A stretch of DNA of 63,484 nt, counting the filler, from Thraustochytrium aureum (Eukaryota), in NCBI GenBank assembly GCA_012862495.1. It is 6 parts of 4 records of this genome, joined end to end, with 100 filler letters (N's around TTAATTAATTAA, not from the genome) between each part and the next. Parts side by side here need not be neighbours in the genome. Positions count along the whole stretch, not along the records: positions 21,433 to 38,604 come from BLSG01000384.1; positions 38,705 to 56,259 come from BLSG01000384.1; 4 more parts are not named here. The stretch is one strand, 5' to 3'. A program made the position numbers and the translations under genes. The notes beneath the pieces were generated by a model. The model had not been told where the DNA came from. It saw only the letters and a list, made by a program, of their open reading frames with translations, and did not search any database. The stretch's first letter is position 1. Every line of letters begins with the position of its first letter. This document shows positions 33,990 through 46,517 of this stretch, one piece after another.

Positions 33990-35363
33990 ATGGGGGTCAA
34001 GAGCCGATCGGCTGGCGCCACCGGGACAGGCACGTCATCCAGCCGCAAACGCAAGTCTTCCCACAGCAAGGCGTTCGAATTTAGCAAAGCGGCGGTTGCT
34101 CGCCGAATCCGTTTGTTGATGCTGCAGTGCAACTTGAAACAACAAACCGGCGGCATTATGGCCCTCGGATGCGTATTGATTGTGCTTAATGCGCTCTACT
34201 TTCTTCGGGGCACGCGCGGCGGCGGCAACCTGCGCGTGACGGTGGACGTCTCTGCGAGCGGCGCGGACGGCGCCCTTGGTGACGATGCTGCACTGGTAAA
34301 GCTCCCGCCGCTGGAGCGAATTCGAGCTGAGCTCGGTGGCGTTGGCTTGCCCGTGCCACACGAAGCAGGGTTTCTGAAAAGGAAAACATCCCTGCTCTGA
34401 GCATCTCAAGCGGCGACCCGAACAATGCTGCGCTCGTGGGCAAGCTCGCGGGAGAGCTTGGCCGCATCCAAGCCGCGGCAAACAAAGGGTGGAACGTGAG
34501 CAGCCCCAAGGTGCAGCCGCTGGGACAGCTTGGCTATGTCAAACGCGACCTTCCCGTGTACAAGGACGGATTCCAGCGGCTCGATATCGCGGTCCTAGGA
34601 CGGCCAAAAACGGGTCTATTCACGGTGGAGCAGCTCCAGAGCAACACTTACACGAGCATCTTGTGCCTCTCGTTCAACACGGACCACTGCTTCGACCCAA
34701 CCCAGTATATCGCGATCGGGGAGACGCGCAAAGTAAACCGAATCCAAAACCTCCGCGACACGGTGTGGTCCAAGCACAAGTTTTGCAAGACAATGTCGGA
34801 CGCGACCAAGGGGCTGACGGACCGCGATTTGCTCTCCTTTACCTTCCCGTGCTGGGTCATGCCTGGCGGCTACGAGAAGATGCTGCGGTACTCGCGCGAC
34901 AACGACATTCAGACCTGGATCGCCAAGCCGCGCAGCTTGGGGGCTGGCATGGGCATTTACATTGTCAGCGACTTGTCGAGCTTGGAGCACGAAAAGTCCA
35001 CTTCAAACGTGGTGCAGACCTACCTGGAGAACCCGCATCTCATTGAGAAGCCCGGCCTCGACGGCGTGGTCAGCAAGTTCAAGTGGGACGCGCGCACCTA
35101 CGTGCTGGTCACGTCGGTGACCCCGCTCCGCGCCTACGTCTTCAACCGGGGCCTTGTCCGCATCTCCACCAGCCCGTACACCAAGGACTGCAAGACCAAC
35201 GTGACCGCCTGCCTCACAAACACAAGCCTCAACAAGAAGGTCGAGGGCGCGCAGCTCAAGGACATCACTTGGTCCTTCCACAAGCTCAAGGAGTACCTCG
35301 CTTCAAGGAACGAAGACGACTGGGACACCGTCTTTTTTGCGCATCCAACGCGCGATCGGGCTC
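33990..35363 (+). CDS. Tubulin-tyrosine-ligase-like (TTL/TTLL) ATP-grasp protein with N-terminal TM; frameshifts near 34380 and 35335; continues into gap
   Basis: WIAKP...GAGMGIYIV, VVQTYLENPHLI, KWDARTYVLVTS..PLRAY....GLVR....Y, LTNTSLNK; TM IMALGCVLIVLNALYFL. Confidence 0.85.
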
Positions 35364-36320
35364 NNNNNNNNNNNNNNNNNNNNNNNNNNNNNNNNNNNNN
35401 NNNNNNNNNNNNNNNNNNNNNNNNNNNNNNNNNNNNNNNNNNNNNNNNNNNNNNNNNNNNNNNNNNNNNNNNNNNNNNNNNNNNNNNNNNNNNNNNNNNN
35501 NNNNNNNNNNNNNNNNNNNNNNNNNNNNNNNNNNNNNNNNNNNNNNNNNNTCTCGCCGAGCCGCATGGCCGCTTCCTGCGATTCCTTCGCGACAAGGAGG
35601 CCGCGGCGGGCAGCTCAGACGACCCTCTCGTGCATGCAGACGGGCGCAGATATCGCCTGCACCAGGTTATTACGACCGTGCTAAATACCAAGGCCTTGGC
35701 TCAGACTGCCACCATGGACGCTCCCAGCGCTTCCTCGACCGATTTGCTCGAGTCGGGCTCGAAGCCTGTGGAAACGGACGACGGCGCGGCGCCTGGGCAA
35801 GCTTTGTCCAAGAGGCGGAAGCGCGGGCCTGCGAGCTCCCCTGGCGACAGCGAGGACGAATTTTAATGCCGATTGACTGGAGCTTTTGCAACGCTGAGGC
35901 GGCCCTCAAGCCCGAGGGCTGATGCGGCGCTGGGGGTAGCCAGGTCGGCTTTCAACGCACAGTACCTGCCTTTCTCGAGAGGCAGCTAGAGGAGCTGGTT
36001 GCTGAAGGGAGTTGAGGGGTTGCGCCTGACGGCGTTCAAGCGCCCGCCGACCCTCACGTGGGGCAACTGCTCTGCTTTCAGCTGACAATCTCCGTTATGG
36101 TGTGACGCGTTTCCGTCTGGTCTGCGCAAGGAGCGAGTTGCTCGCAGGGGCCGTGTCATCAAACCAAAATGATTTCCGACGCAAATCCTCGTCCAGCCGT
36201 CCATTTAGATCCTATCTGCAACGCTCAGCTGTTCTTGATTCAATCAAATTGGTCATTCGCCAATCCCTTCGGATTGGGCAGCGCTTTCTTACGTGCAATG
36301 GTGTTGAGCTTCTTCTCCCT

Positions 36321-37256
36321 TCACCTGTTCATGTACGTTGGTGCTCCGTACGGGTGGCCGAAGCCCCGGTTGTGGGCTTCGGCCACCCGTGGTTCGCCCT
36401 CCCAAAGCGCGGCCAACCCGCTCACAAGCAACCCTGTCCCAACCGCAGCGAGTGCCGCGCTCATCAGCAATAACCCGACTGTCTCGGCGCCAGCAACGGC
36501 CAGCAGTTCGTCTCGACTCATGTTCGTCACGATGACAGCAAGCCGTGCGTCGTGTGGCCGAGCAACGCGCCCTTGAGCGCGGTCGAGGCGGCCATACACC
36601 GAGACGACCTCGCCAATTCGCAACACGCGCTCCACGACACGGTAACCGACCGTTCGCGCAGGCGCGGCGCCCTGTGGCTCAAGAAACTTGTTCACGACCT
36701 CCTCAAATGCGCAATATTGCGGCAAGCTCACGTCGCTCTTGGCAAGGTCAACGAGAAACTCTTGGACAATAATCTGCGAGCACTGCCCGCTCTGCCGTTC
36801 GAGCAACTGCTCACTCTGCGCCCACTGCGGCGCGCTCACCGCATACTCCTCCTCCTCTTCGTCGTCGTCCGCGTCACGATCACCGCTGCCCCAGTAGCCG
36901 CGCGCTGTGGGCTTGTTTTTCTTCTTTTTCGTCGTCCTTCGCCTGCGCGTGGTCACCTTGCTCTCCACAATCCTCCACTTCTCCGCCGCAAACGCGACGC
37001 AAAGCAGGCCCGAGTACGGCGCCAGGACCCCCTCCCCGTTCGGCACCCCTCGCACGGCGGCCGGCCGCACCTCGCCGCTCACACAGACATACCCGTCCTG
37101 CGCCGTGTCCTCCTCGACGACGGCCTTCGCGGCCGCTATCGCGGCGCTCCGCCGCGCGCGTGCACGGTGCAGCCGGAAGCAGGCCGCCGCTGCCGCCACC
37201 AGGGCGCTGCCGCCCGCGCACAGCGTCGCGCTCCGCACCAGCCAGCCGCCCGTCAT
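36321..37256 (-). CDS. GIDE-domain membrane protein (MUL1/SP1-like, no RING seen)
   Basis: TM, then YVCVSGEV...APYSG..CV, VGYRVVERVL.IG..VSVYG, ...S.DELL, then a second TM. Confidence 0.7.
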   Translation of the reverse strand: MTGGWLVRSATLCAGGSALVAAAAACFRLHRARARRSAAIAAAKAVVEEDTAQDGYVCVSGEVRPAAVRGVPNGEGVLAPYSGLLCVAFAAEKWRIVESKVTTRRRRTTKKKKNKPTARGYWGSGDRDADDDEEEEEYAVSAPQWAQSEQLLERQSGQCSQIIVQEFLVDLAKSDVSLPQYCAFEEVVNKFLEPQGAAPARTVGYRVVERVLRIGEVVSVYGRLDRAQGRVARPHDARLAVIVTNMSRDELLAVAGAETVGLLLMSAALAAVGTGLLVSGLAALWEGEPRVAEAHNRGFGHPYGAPTYMNR

Positions 37257-37667
37257 CGCGCGCAACTGCACAAGGCTCGACCAGCAGAACACCGCGTTCT
37301 GGCAAGTGCCGCGAGCACCCGAGGACGTTACTCGCCGAGTAGAGTATACTTACTAGTACGTCATCCTGGAGCGCGAAGAGGCTCGACCGGCAGAACACCG
37401 TGTTCGCAAGTGCCGGTATGCACTCGAGAGCGAAGTTGTTCTCCCATCGTCCGAGCCCGATCACCACGGCGCGTGCGTCCAACGGTGCAGAACATCGCTG
37501 CGCGTCGCGCTGAAGAGGGCTACTGCTAGCTCTTGTTGGCGGCAGACCCGTTACATACTCACATACTTGCTACTACGGTACATCCTCACTGGGGAAGAGG
37601 GCGGCCTCGCGGGCATCGAGCAGCGCGTAGGGGCGGGCCTAGGACAGCGCGCGCGAAGACGGTCGGG

Positions 37668-38604
37668 ATGGTACAGACGAGTAGCTCGCGCACGAGCGGG
37701 ACGCCGTCGGCGGCAGGAGGGCAGGGGAAACGGCCACAGTCCGGACTGGCCAAACGACCGCAGTCTGGACACCCCAAAGGCACAGCGACAGGAGCCGATA
37801 CGGCAAAGCAAGAAGGCGAGATGGACAAACTGGCCAAGGTCAGAGTGCAAAAGCTCGTCAAGCGGCGCGAGGAACAGGCGAAGAAGGTGGCAAGCATCAC
37901 CATCCCGCAGCCCCGCGAGGGCCAAGCAATGACCCCAGCTCTGGCCAAGCGCCAGGCAAAAGCGACCAAGGAGCTCGAAGCCGCGCAGCGCCAGCTTGAA
38001 AGAACGGAAACGGCCATCGCTGGCCTTGAAACCGGCGTCACAAGCCTCATCGACGAGCTGGTCGTCGACACGGCGTGGTTTCTCTGCACAATCGAACAAG
38101 ACCTGCGGCCCCTTTGGCTCCAGGTTCGAGCATTGGCTGCAAGGCAGCGCGCGTCAGGAGCTGGCCGAGGAGAGGCGGAGACGCAACCTCTGCTCGTCCC
38201 GCCGCCAGACTTTGCAGACCCAGTGCGGCCGGACGCCCCGACTCTTCCTCTTCCGCACGCAGCCGCGCTAACGCACGACTTGTCGCTACTTCGCAAGCTC
38301 GTGGTGGACTCGATCTGCCCCCCCGAGCCTGGCCCGGGGGAGGCCACGCCCGTAGCCGAGAAGAGCCGGCCCGCGTGGTTTGCCCCCGAGCTCGGGCTGC
38401 TCAATACCCCGCTCCACCTGGCTTGCACGTTCTGCCGGCCGGAAGGGCTCGGCGCAGCCGAGTACCGGGAAACTGCCAAGTTCATCATCGACGCGGTGCC
38501 GTTTAAAGCGCTCGTAGCGCTGAACGGCGAGGGGGACAGCGCCCTCGTGCTCGCCTGTGCGGCAGGTGGGACCGCAACGGCCCAGGCCATCGCATCACGT
38601 GGTG
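37668..38604 (+). CDS. Coiled-coil plus ankyrin-repeat protein, 3' truncated
   Basis: NTPLHLAC and N.EGDSALVLAC..G ankyrin motifs; ends at linker. Confidence 0.7.
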
Positions 38605-38704
38605 NNNNNNNNNNNNNNNNNNNNNNNNNNNNNNNNNNNNNNNNNNNNTTAATTAATTAANNNNNNNNNNNNNNNNNNNNNNNNNNNNNNNNNNNNNNNN
38701 NNNN

Positions 38705-39394
38705 CCGGTTTAGGGGATAGGCAATGTGGCCCGAGGAGAGCAGCGCCACAGCCGGCTTTTGCACGTTGAGGGTGCTTCCGTACGGGTAAACAAACTCGAT
38801 GCCGCCCTTGTCGTTTGCGCCCTTCTTTGCGGCCGCTTCTTTCTGCTTGGCCGCGGCCAGCACGGAGGACGAGGTCGACCGCTTGCCTTTTTTCAGCGCG
38901 CCAGCGCGCTTGCCTGAGAGCTCTGCGGCCGCCTCGGCGATTCCGCGATTCAGGACGCCGTTGGAAATGAGTACTTCTTTCGGGTGCAGATACTTGTAAT
39001 ACACGGTTCGCGCCACGCTGTCGTTGTTGAAAGCGATTCCGTACTCTTCCAGCAAGAAATTCACGTTGGTGCCGTACTTTTCCTCGCCGCCCTCGCCCAG
39101 CAGGAAAAGCGCAGACCCGCCTTGGCTGAGGTACTCTTTGATGATGTCAAACTCTGCGGCGCTAAACATCTCGCGAGGGCCGGCAAAGATGACCAGCGCG
39201 ACCTCTGCGAGTCGCTCCTTGCACAAAGGGTCTTTATTCACCACGACTTTGTAGTTGTTCCGCAACCTGCGATGCAGCCGCTTGAGCCCGTTCCCAGCGT
39301 TGTGCGTCTCGCGTTTCGACGCATCGATCATCACCACCTTTCCAGCCGCGCCCTCGTCCGCGCCAGCCTCGTCGCGACGCTGGCTGGCGTCCAT
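38705..39394 (-). CDS. IFT52: Intraflagellar transport protein 52, N-terminal GIFT domain (3' truncated)
   Basis: IDASKRE, GPREMF...EF..IK.YL..GG, GEGGE...TNVNFLLEEYGI..N.DSV.RTVYYKYLHPKE, FVYPYG.TL.VQKPA. Confidence 0.95.
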
Positions 39395-40714
39395 GGTCGC
39401 AGACAGCAAAGCGCAGCCTGCGCGTCCGCGAAGCAAACGCTCGAAAGCAGGTCGATACCCAGCCGCGTACCCGCGCTTCTGCCTTTCGTCCTGCCTGCCG
39501 TCCTGCCTGCCGTCCTTGCCTGCCGTCCCTGCGTTGGCGCTCTGCTGCGCGCGCGCGTGTCCACTGCTCCGCTGCCCAACTTACCGTTACAAGAACAACA
39601 GAATAGCTCCCACAATAGTTCAAAAGAACCCTTCTCGCAGGAAAAGGCTAAGAGAACCAAGAACGATTCTTTTATCTTGATTGATCAGTCAAGAGTAGGA
39701 CGATCAGGTTCAAGAGTAGGAAAAAGTCTAAGAGAACAATTCTCTGCAACTGACGAGAAGAGGAGTACAAGAGAGCACTTCTATATGTCCGTTGAGTGCG
39801 TTGTGCACTTTGTCGATGGATGCGGATGTGGTTGGCGTCCCAGCGCAGGACGCCGATGCGTGCGGTACGTCCGAGCCGCATCCGCTCGAGCGTTGATGCG
39901 CTGTGAGGCTCGACATTGGTGATTTGGCGAAGTCGTTGACGCTCGGGTCCGCCGCGGCCTTGCTCGGCGGGCGTGGATTGATTGCGCCGCCTGATTCTGA
40001 ATTCTGAATTCTGATGCCAACGCGGCAAGCGACGGCCCTCGACGCGACGCAACTGCAGCGCGACAGCGCAGACAGCTAGCTGCCAAAAGGAGGCAGGACG
40101 GACGGCTGCCGCCGGAGCGGCCGGGCCGCCAGCTGGTCTGCCTTGCCCGGCACTGACGGTTGACACCGGACGAGAATGAGCGGGATGCGGAGCGACGACA
40201 TGACGCGAGTCACGGCCCNNNNNNNNNNNNNNNNNNNNNNNNNNNNNNNNNNNNNNNNNNNNNNNNNNNNNNNNNNNNNNNNNNNNNNNNNNNNNNNNNN
40301 NNNNNNNNNNNNNNNNNNNNNNNNNNNNNNNNNNNNNNNNNNNNNNNNNNNNNNNNNNNNNNNNNNNNNNNNNNNNNNNNNNNNNNNNNNNNNNNNNNNN
40401 NNNNNNNNNNNNNNNNNNNNNNNNNNNNNNNNNNNNNNNNNNNNNNNNNNNNNNNNNNNNNNNNNNNNNNNNNNNNNNNNNNNNNNNNNNNNNNNNNNNN
40501 NNNNNNNNNNNNNNNNNNNNNNNNNNNNNNNNNNNNNNNNNNNNNNNNNNNNNNNNNNNNNNNNNNNNNNNNNNNNNNNNNNNNNNNNNNNNNNNNNNNN
40601 NNNNNNNNNNNNNNNNNNNNNNNNNNNNNNNNNNNNNNNNNNNNNNNNNNNNNNNNNNNNNNNNNNNNNNNNNNNNNNNNNNNNNNNNNNNNNNNNNNNN
40701 NNNNNNNNNNNNNA

Positions 40715-43180
40715 AGGTTTTGCAGGCAGCCCAGCTCGAGCTCCACGAGGTCGCCGAATCAAGCAAGAGCCTCGAGCAGCTCGCCTCAAAGCTTGCCAAA
40801 TTCTCCGAGTCCCTGGGCCACAACGTGCTCAAGGCGATCACGGCAATGCTTCAGCAGCTGGTCCGAACCCCTGACGCCTCGGTCTTATTGAGCCGTTCCA
40901 AAGCTGGGGCGGGCGAAGGTCAAGACCCGGACGTGCTTCTCCACTGGCTCAAGCTCATTCTCGCCAAGGTGTACGAGCGCGATGCTGATAAGCGCCTGCT
41001 CCTTAGCGGTGCCCGAACGCTCGCAAAGGTCGTCGAGCTCGGGCTCGGGATCGACTTGGTGCAGGCCGTCCCCGCCCCAGTCCGCGAGGCTGCGGTGAAC
41101 GTCTCGGACCAGGACATTTTGCTCGAGTTCGTTGACCTCGAGAGCTACAACGCGGACCACGTCAAGGTCGTCACCGAGCTTGCCAAGTGCCACGTTGTGG
41201 TCTCCAAGGACGCCAGCCGCAGCGCAGCCCAAGAGCCCGCCTCGAAACCGCCGCCACGGCTAACTGCGCGACGGGGTACCTTCCGATCGCCGAGCCGCCG
41301 AAGCGTTGACTCAGAGGAGCGAGGGGCGGGGGAGGCCCCAGACGAGCAAAAGGGCCCCACACAAAGCCCGACCGGACGCTTGCGCCCAGACCGCCGTGTG
41401 TCGTATTTGCTCCCCGCTGCAAGCGATAGCAGCAACACGTGCAAGGCTGAGGAGCGCGCCTCGCTCAATGGCCAATCCTCGCCAAACCAGCAACTGCAGC
41501 AAGAGCAGCACCACGTGCAGGGCCAACAGGGCCAGCAGGGGCAAGGCCCGCCCAAGCTCGTGCATCAAGACACTTTGTTCACCAGCGCGCTTGAGGAGCT
41601 TCGGGAGAAAAACGCTTTCTTCGACGAAGACATGCCGCTTGTCGGTGTCGAGGAACTCCTCGACGCGCTGGAACCGCAAGGCGAGCACACTTCGTTGTTT
41701 CTGAGCACGTTCCTACGCACGTTCCTGCTGTCCGAGCCGTTGATCGACCCCGTGCTTCGGGAGGACGCAGAGGTTTTCCAGCAGCTAGCCAACTTTCGCA
41801 ACGAGTCCGCCAAACTCATCGACTTGGCCTGCCCCCCGTCTCGCGAGCAGGCCGGCGGCGGCACCGGCGCACAGCACCGCCATTTGGTGAGCGTCGACCG
41901 CATTCAAGCGCGAGTGGATGCCGCCGAGCAGGCTCATAACAGATGGCGTCTCGTCACCCAGACTTGTGCTGCAACGACCGGTGCGTTTTCGCAAAACACC
42001 TCGTGGGACACTCTGCGCTCTGACGTCGAGCTTGCGCTTTGGCGAAGCCTCAGCCTCGCTGGCACCGACCAGGTAGTCGCCCAAGCAGACAGCCAGCCAA
42101 CGCAGCACCACGTCGTCCTCAAGGACCTTCAAGGCCACTACAATCAGCTCACGCTATCGCGCCACGAGCTTGCGGAAGCGCTCCACAACGTGATGCAGGC
42201 AAGGTACAAGGACATGCTTGGAAGTGGCGCAGTCGACGCCGAAGATGAAGACTACAATCCAATAGGCTACTTGGAGAAGGCGATTGAGAACGAGCTGCTC
42301 GTCTCCCTCGACGTCCTCAGTCTGGCCCTGAAGCGATACGCGCTTTGTGGCTCGGTCATCGACATGCTCAAGGAGTCTGGGCTTCTGGAGCAAGGTAAGT
42401 TTTAACGGGGCTTTTTGGGCCCCGCGGCAGGTCCCGCGTCGCTTGTTGCACGGCAGCAGCTCTGTTGGCCGCAAATTGGGAACCGTGCGCCCGCCCGTGG
42501 ACCTGGTGGATCGTTTCAGACATGCGGCGCTAACGTTGCCCTCCTCGCCTTGCCAACCAACGACAGACAAGTTTTCCTCGAAAAAGCTTCGCCCAAAGCT
42601 GGCAGAACTCCTGCCCGAGCCTGGAGACAAGCTCAAGCTGGAGCACATCTTGGACGCGCTGCTTTTTGTTGCCGAAAGAAATCACAAAGGCAGCATCGAC
42701 GAGAGCTTCGCCGAGACGCTGCGCTCAAGCGTGCTGAGCAAGCTTGCCGCGAGCGAGGCGCTCTTGAACAAGGACATCTATCTGTTTCAGAAGGAGCAGC
42801 TCCAGTCCCTGAGAGCCGTGTTCGCAAACTTGCGAACCAAGGCCTCGCCGGTCGCCCAAGTTTCGCAAGCAAACTGGCGAAACGCGCTCGAGCATCACAA
42901 GGCTCTCGTCGACAAAGTGCATCTCACAAAGCAAGCCTTGCTTGACATTTTTGCCCGCTCCTGCTCGTTTTCATCTGTTGGGGGGAGCGAGTCGATTTCG
43001 GCACCGCAAGGCAAGTACCATTCACTCAAGGGCAAACAGGGCGTCCAGGCGCTCTGCTTTAGCGAGTTTTCGAGTGCCATCTTGAAGATTGCGTTCATCA
43101 AGTTTCCGTGCCCGTTTCAGTCTGCCGACGACAAAATCTCGGCGATGGTCCAGCTTTTGGGGAAACCCACCAAGCCGTAG
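40715..43180 (+). CDS. Large hypothetical helical protein (5' in gap; frameshift in T-run near 42400)
   Basis: ORFs 40720-42405 and 42347-43180 join as ...EQGKFNGAFWAPR... if one T is removed. Confidence 0.65.
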
Positions 43181-43411
43181 CGTATCTATCTACCCAACAG
43201 CCTCGCTGCCGCCCCCCAGCGGCTGGAGGCGCGCGGGAGTAAGACGGAAAGGAAGGAAGGAAGGAAGGAAGGACGAACGAAAACGCAATTGGCATTGATC
43301 ACTCCATCCATCTATAAATCGGCTCTGCCGAACGCAGACCAGAAGGGAGACCCAGGCGCTCGGCGCCTGTGAGCGAGCGAGCGAGCGCTTCGCCCAGCAC
43401 CCGACATGTAG

Positions 43412-44828
43412 TCAGGGTTTTGGCGGCAACGCCCGCCTGCCTTGGCGCGCACGAGCTGGTGCCTCTACGGCACCAAGGCTTGCAAAGTAACTCAGCTGCG
43501 TGACAACAAGCGCCCACTGCACCGCAAACGAGTCCCCCATCAGTATGGTCAACACCAATTGCACCGAAACGAACAGCACCAAGCCAACATCCAGAGCGAC
43601 TGCCTGCGTTCTGAACAGCAGAATCCCAAAAGCCAGCATCGCAAGCCCAGCCGTGTCCAGGTCCAGGACCACCGAGGGGTGAGACACGCCTTCAATCGCG
43701 AAGAGCAGGGGCAAGAGGTACTTGAACGCCTCCCTTGACCTTGATTGATTGCCGACCCAGAGGTACTGAATCAGGAACGCGTACCAGACGCACACATGCG
43801 GCCACGGTGGCGCACGCACAAGTACGAGGCGCACAAAGGGTCCGAAGCTCTGGAGAAAGGCATAGCACAAAAAGTTGTGAAGTGCAGCGTCGCTATGAAG
43901 GAGGCCAGCCACCGCTGTGCGATGGACATCAACCAGCGCGGTGCAGATCCCAGTGACTCCAGCTACGACCAGGTCAGCCACAACGCGGGCCGCACCGCTT
44001 GTGAGATCGAAGGCGCGCCTGGCTCGAACCTCAAGTGCAGGCTTGATGCTTCGGAGCGCGCCAGCAAATTCCGCGTCACCGGCTTGCGCTGTGGGCCCAT
44101 CGATATGGGCCGCCCCTCGCTCCGCGCCGTTCTCGGCCACGGCGCTCACATGATGGCTGCCATTCTCGCCGACACCTTCCTCGAAGGCCAGCACCGCACC
44201 GAAGGCCGGCCCTTTGAGAAAGCGCCGGTCGCGCGGGCCCACCCTTTGCCGCTGGGCCTCCGCCGCCAGCTCTGCACGCTCTGCACGCAACGGGGACTCA
44301 GCGTTGTGTGGCGCAGGGTCGTCTTGGTGACGCGTGGATTTGGAGTGAGAGCCCGAGCCTCTGGCACGGGTCTGCTTTGTTTCTCGAGCAGGCTTGAGGC
44401 CCACCCCTTTGCGAGGGGTCCTCTGCGCATCAGAAGTGCGATCAGCACCTTGGCGCTTAAACTCACTCGAGCTGCTCTGCGCATCGTCAAGGCTCGCGGG
44501 CGACTCTGGCGAGGTAGAGGCGCCGGCGGCGTTTGCGAAGGTAGAGCTGCTCGGCTCAGCAGGAGCGTCATCCGCCCGGATAGGATCCCCAGGGAGGGCA
44601 CTCGGGTTTTTGCTGAGCTCCTCCGCGCGTCCGCTCGAGGCCCCGAGTTGAGCTTCGTCGGCTGGCCGCACACCAGCGGGGTCTTCCTCCTCGTCCTCCT
44701 CCTCCTCCTTGCCATCGTCCGTGTCGAGAACCGTCCACAAATTGCTATGCTTGATGGTCCCTTCCGCGGGCGACGTCGCGAGAGGCTGCGTTGCGCGCGC
44801 GGTTGCCGCCGGCGCCGCAGACGAGCCT
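43412..44828 (-). CDS. Hypothetical protein with disordered N-half and multi-TM C-half (5' in gap)
   Basis: Long ORF; several hydrophobic segments after about residue 250. Confidence 0.6.
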
Positions 44829-46517
44829 TNNNNNNNNNNNNNNNNNNNNNNNNNNNNNNNNNNNNNNNNNNNNNNNNNNNNNNNNNNNNNNNNNNNNNNN
44901 NNNNNNNNNNNNNNNNNNNNNNNNNNNNNNNNNNNNNNNNNNNNNNNNNNNNNNNNNNNNNNNNNNNNNNNNNNNNNNNNNNNNNNNNNNNNNNNNNNNN
45001 NNNNNNNNNNNNNNNNNNNNNNNNNNNNNNNNNNNNNNNNNNNNNNNNNNNNNNNNNNNNNNNNNNNNNNNNNNNNNNNNNNNNNNNNNNNNNNNNNNNN
45101 NNNNNNNNNNNNNNNNNNNNNNNNNNNNNNNNNNNNNNNNNNNNNNNNNNNNNNNNNNNNNNNNNNNNNNNNNNNNNNNNNNNNNNNNNNNNNNNNNNNN
45201 NNNNNNNNNNNNNNNNNNNNNNNNNNNNNNNNNNNNNNNNNNNNNNNNNNNNNNNNNNNNNNNNNNNNNNNNNNNNNNNNNNNNNNNNNNNNNNNNNNNN
45301 NNNNNNNNNNNNNNNNNNNNNNNNNNNNNNNNNNNNNNNNNNNNNNNNNNNNNNNNNNNNNNNNNNNNNNNNNNNNNNNNNNNNNNNNNNNNNNNNNNNN
45401 NNNNNNNNNNNNNNNNNNNNNNNNNNNNNNNNNNNNNNNNNNNNNNNNNNNNNNNNNNNNNNNNNNNNNNNNNNNNNNNNNNNNNNNNNNNNNNNNNNNN
45501 NNNNNNNNNNNNNNNNNNNNNNNNNNNNNNNNNNNNNNNNNNNNNNNNNNNNNNNNNNNNNNNNNNNNNNNNNNNNNNNNNNNNNNNNNNNNNNNNNNNN
45601 NNNNNNNNNNNNNNNNNNNNNNNNNNNNNNNNNNNNNNNNNNNNNNNNNNNNNNNNNNNNNNNNNNNNNNNNNNNNNNNNNNNNNNNNNNNNNNNNNNNN
45701 NNNNNNNNNNNNNNNNNNNNNNNNNNNNNNNNNNNNNNNNNNNNNNNNNNNNNNNNNNNNNNNNNNNNNNNNNNNNNNNNNNNGTTGGGCGGGCGGGCGG
45801 GGACCCGGGGGATGGCGGCGACGTCGAGGTGCGGCTCGGCCGCTTGGAGGTCTTCGTGAAGCCAGGGCCTGCCGGAGGCCATGCGAGCGCGGACGCCCTC
45901 ACGCCGGCGCTAGTCCCTGGCGCCAGCGGCTGCGACGAGGGCGCTGGGCGACATCGACCCTGGTTGGCCTCGGCGGCCGCGCAGGTGCCTCCCAAGGCTT
46001 GCAAGTTGGCGACGAGGCGAGCGTTCGGAGCACGCTGCAGTTGCGGTGCAAGCCCGGCGATGTTCGTGTGCAGGATGGGACAGCTACTCTTAGTGGCAGA
46101 GGCCTCGCGGTTGACTCGGATGTCTCCCTTGATTGACGTGAGCTCGAAAAGCATCTGCGTCGCCGCGCCAAACAGGGCTATCTGCAGACCGGGAGCAAGG
46201 ATTCTGCTGACTCTGCTACTGCGTTGCCGAGGCGGCCGGGACGGAGTGTTTGCTGGACGAGTATGGTGAGGCCAGGCCAGACTCGCCCTCGCGTTGCCTC
46301 GGTTTGCCCTTCCGTGCTCCGGATGCGGGCCCTGCGCCAGTCACGCCAGAATACTGGCCTCCATGCTCCCTTCCCCTCCCCCTTCCCCGGGAAAGCAACG
46401 CGCAAAAAATGCAAGCCTTGCCCAATACCGGTTTTGCTCTTGATCAACCAACATGGCAACTACTTCGAGTGTCGGGCTTGGGGCTCCACTCGCAGAGCCG
46501 AGACAGCAAGGGAACAG

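Noticed and set aside
45785..46460. Gene between the large gap and DNMT2
   Set aside because: Only short frames interrupted by stops and no recognisable motif; cannot be supported.
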